A stretch of 13,194 nucleotides of DNA from a virus (taxonomy: Duplodnaviria; Heunggongvirae; Uroviricota; Caudoviricetes). The position numbers were made by a program, and so were the translations under genes. Below the pieces are notes generated by a model. That model was given only the letters and a program-made list of their open reading frames with translations. It searched no databases and was not told where the DNA came from. This document shows, piece after piece, positions 9,817 to 13,194 of the stretch (positions within the stretch are counted from its first letter, which is position 1; each line of letters begins with the position of its first letter). The DNA lies in the IMG/VR virus record IMGVR_UViG_2537561618_000005; one strand, given 5' to 3'.

Positions 9817-11547
9817 ATGGCTAATTACCGTGATTTGTTAGAGCAGGCTGGCGCACGTTACGGTGTGCCAGAAGGGTTGATGACTGCACTGGGTGCCAAG
9901 GAGTCTTCTTACAACCCTGCCGCAGTAAGCTCCGCCGGGGCTGTAGGATTGACTCAGGTCATGCCTGGGACATGGCGTGATATGGGTTATACCGATGAGC
10001 AAATGCAAAACCCCGAATATCAGGCTGACGCTGGCGCGCGCTATCTGGCAAAGATGTACCAGCAGTTTGGTAACTGGCGTGACGCTCTTCAGGCTTATCA
10101 CGACGGTCCCGGCAACGTTATGAAGGCAAAGCGTGGTGAATATACGCCAGGACCTGAAGGCCGCGGTTACGTTGATGATCGCTTTGCTCAATGGGCTGGT
10201 GACCCGGTGACAGACTCAACAGTCGAACAGCGCGCCACCTCTGCAAAGGTACATCCTCAGCAAGACCCTAACAACCCGTTTGCACAACTGGAAGTACAGT
10301 CATCCGAACAAGTATCGGCATCAGGTGTGCAGTCAGACCCAAATAATCCATTTGCTCAGATTGAGCAGCAGGCAGCCAGTCAGCAGCCACCTCAACCCGT
10401 AAGTTCTGTCGCACCGAAACCTGTTCAGCAACAAACAGTTAATCAGGCCAATAATGCACCAACACGGGAAGAACCATCATTGATGCAACAAGCTGGCGAT
10501 TGGCTCACTGGTGGTCAAAGTGCAGGGCAAATTGCAGAACAGGCTGGTCGTGGTCTGGTAAACATACCATTTGACGTATTGCAGGGTGGCGCAAGTCTGA
10601 TTAATGCAATCAGTCAGGGGCTTGGGGGGCCAAAAGTATTGGATGATGTTTATCGTCCAGTAGACAGACCGACAGACCCCTACGCGCAAGCTGGAGAGTC
10701 AATAGGCGGTTATCTTGTTCCTGGAGCAGGTGTAGCTGGAAACATGGTCATTGGTTCTCTCGCTGACGCGGCGAATCAACGGGGTGATTTTGCCGAAAAT
10801 GCCGCTATTAATGCCGGACTTAGCATTGCTACGCATGGCCTGATAAATGGCGTTACCCGTGGTGTTCGTGGTGCATCAAATATAATTAGTGGCAATAAAA
10901 CATCTGCACAGAGAGCGACCACTGCGCCAACAGAAACATCACCATTCTCCGGTGATGCCGCTGCAGCAACAAATCCTGCGGTTCATGCCGCAGAGGCAAG
11001 AGTAGCACAAGGTGTACCAATGACGCCTGCGACGAAGAACCCAGAGGAAGTCGTTCGCACAGTAGCAGCACAAAAAAGGCCAAATCTCGCTTCATCGCTT
11101 GATGAACTAGATATCAATCCTCAGGCTGAAGTTCTGGAGTCTGCTGAAAGGCTTAATGTTGATTCATTACTCCCTTCACACTTTTCCGGGAACGAGCAAT
11201 ACAAGGCAGTTGAGCAAGCAATCAAGTCCCGTGCGGGTTCTGCTCTACAGGTGCAGGAAAATGAAGCAATCAGGCAGCTAGCACAGGGCGCGGGTGAGAT
11301 AATTGATCGCGTTTCCGGTGCAAAAGATGCTCTTGGTATGAGCGACAAGTTTATTGATACGGTCAATGGAAGAATGTCTGCGCTGATGAAACGAAGCGAC
11401 CAGCTTTATCGCAATGTTGAAAAGGCGATGCCTGCAGGTGCAAAAATTGATGCGCCATCAACAAGGTCAATGCTCAAACAGGTGGCAGAAGATCTTGGCG
11501 GGATGAAAAACCTTGACCCTATTGAAAAGAGAGTTGAGGTAGCCTGA
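9817..11547 (+). CDS. DNA-ejection / internal virion protein, P22 gp16-position, with N-terminal lytic transglycosylase (SLT)-like domain (576 aa)
   Basis: ATG at 9817 directly after the gp20-like stop (TAAATG). The N-terminal ~110 aa carry family-1 lytic transglycosylase motifs ([28 protein letters not shown], then AYHDGPGN). Two DPNNPFAQ peptide repeats occur mid-protein. Confidence 0.8.
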   Translation: MANYRDLLEQAGARYGVPEGLMTALGAKESSYNPAAVSSAGAVGLTQVMPGTWRDMGYTDEQMQNPEYQADAGARYLAKMYQQFGNWRDALQAYHDGPGNVMKAKRGEYTPGPEGRGYVDDRFAQWAGDPVTDSTVEQRATSAKVHPQQDPNNPFAQLEVQSSEQVSASGVQSDPNNPFAQIEQQAASQQPPQPVSSVAPKPVQQQTVNQANNAPTREEPSLMQQAGDWLTGGQSAGQIAEQAGRGLVNIPFDVLQGGASLINAISQGLGGPKVLDDVYRPVDRPTDPYAQAGESIGGYLVPGAGVAGNMVIGSLADAANQRGDFAENAAINAGLSIATHGLINGVTRGVRGASNIISGNKTSAQRATTAPTETSPFSGDAAAATNPAVHAAEARVAQGVPMTPATKNPEEVVRTVAAQKRPNLASSLDELDINPQAEVLESAERLNVDSLLPSHFSGNEQYKAVEQAIKSRAGSALQVQENEAIRQLAQGAGEIIDRVSGAKDALGMSDKFIDTVNGRMSALMKRSDQLYRNVEKAMPAGAKIDAPSTRSMLKQVAEDLGGMKNLDPIEKRVEVA

Positions 11548-11598
11548 GTTTAACGGACACTCCTTCCTGAAATAGAATGGCATCAGAAGGAGCTAATA

Positions 11599-11618
11599 AT
11601 GAGCAGAAAAACCCAACG
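11599..11618 (+). pseudogene. Start of an unidentified gene (AAGGAG RBS plus ATG, MSRKTQR...) truncated after about 7 codons by the IS629-like element
   Basis: AAGGAG at 11587-11592, 6-nt spacer, ATG at 11599. The frame runs into the IS left end at 11619 and terminates 15 codons later inside the IS. Confidence 0.3.
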
Positions 11619-11672
11619 TGAACCGCCCCGGGAATCCTGGAGACTAAACTTCCTGAGAAAGAGGTAAACAGG

Positions 11673-11995
11673 ATGACTAAAAATACTCGTTTTTCCCCCG
11701 AAGTCCGTCAACGGGCAGTCCGTATGGTTCTGGAAAGTCAGGGCGAATATGACTCACAATGGGCGACAATTTGTTCCATTGCCCCAAAGATTGGCTGTAC
11801 GCCGGAGACTCTGCGTGTCTGGGTTCGCCAGCATGAGCGGGATACCGGGGGCGGTGATGGAGGGCTCACCACCGCTGAACGTCAGCGTCTGAAAGAGCTG
11901 GAGCGTGAAAATCGTGAACTGCGCCGCAGTAACGATATCCTTCGCCAGGCTTCCGCTTATTTTGCGAAGGCGGAGTTCGACCGCCTCTGGAAAAA

Positions 11996-11999
<4 letters not shown>
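11673..11999 (+). CDS. IS629-like OrfA (HTH / leucine-zipper transposase N-terminal protein)
   Basis: [108 protein letters not shown] matches IS629/IS1203 OrfA from memory. Confidence 0.9.
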
Positions 12000-12882
<883 letters not shown>

Positions 12883-12924
12883 GTTCACAGATAAAACACT
12901 CTCCAGGAAACCCGGGGCGGTTCA

Positions 12925-13194
12925 GTTGTCGAACCAGTAGTCGAGACACTGGGCGACCGTCATGGAGTTCTCCACCTTCTCTTCAAAATAAGTGCGTGGA
13001 TCCGTTCCTGAGAAATAGAGCTTTCGCAAGTCAGCAGTGATCTGTCTGGCATCCTTCAAAGACAGGGATGGGTATCGACCAAGCCCAAGTCGATTAGGCT
13101 TGCCATGCCAGCGATAGCGGTACTGGAACTGGATGACCCCCTTCGGTGAAATTCGTACGCTGAGGCCATCAGCATCAGCCACTTCTTGTGGGCC
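12925..13194 (-). pseudogene. Tyrosine recombinase (P4-type phage integrase) N-terminal arm-binding domain fragment; 5' end beyond window, 3' end truncated at the IS629-like junction
   Basis: Minus-strand translation ...GPQEVADADGLSVRISPKGVIQFQYRYRWHGKPNRLGLGRYPSLSLKDARQITADLRKLYFSGTDPRTYFEEK... fits the integrase N-terminal pattern (GL.V.V.PKG.K.F.YRYR..GK..R..LG.YP..SL..AR). The frame is open to the window edge. The terminating TGA is supplied by the IS terminus (reverse complement of 12922-12924). Confidence 0.7.

Noticed and set aside
9838-10191. 117-aa minus-strand ORF inside the gp16-position gene
   Set aside because: It is antisense to the SLT-domain coding region; it is a shadow ORF with no independent support.

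Overview
This window is an IS-riddled remnant of a P22/Sf6-type podovirus prophage, most likely from an Escherichia/Shigella-type genome. All family assignments are from reading the six-frame translations against remembered protein families; no database search was run. Left end: an internal fragment of an IS66-family transposase (3-357) is cut by a complete IS2 (358-1688) whose insD carries an in-frame TAG. A 95-aa orphan ORF (1734-2021, minus strand) sits between IS2 and an IS911-like element (2045-3292). The IS911 right end truncates a P22-type coat gene, which is followed on the + strand in canonical P22 order by a small ORF, gp4-like adaptor, gp10-like tail hub, gp26-like tail needle, a gp14-position ORF, and gp7-, gp20- and gp16-like ejection proteins (3293-11547). 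An IS629/IS1203-like element (11619-12924) with a frameshifted orfB follows, then the N-terminal fragment of a tyrosine integrase on the minus strand running off the window. Terminase, portal, scaffold and tailspike genes are absent. No rRNA, tRNA or CRISPR array was recognised. I do not see convincing evidence of a novel system; the least explained element is the orphan ORF at 1734-2021.
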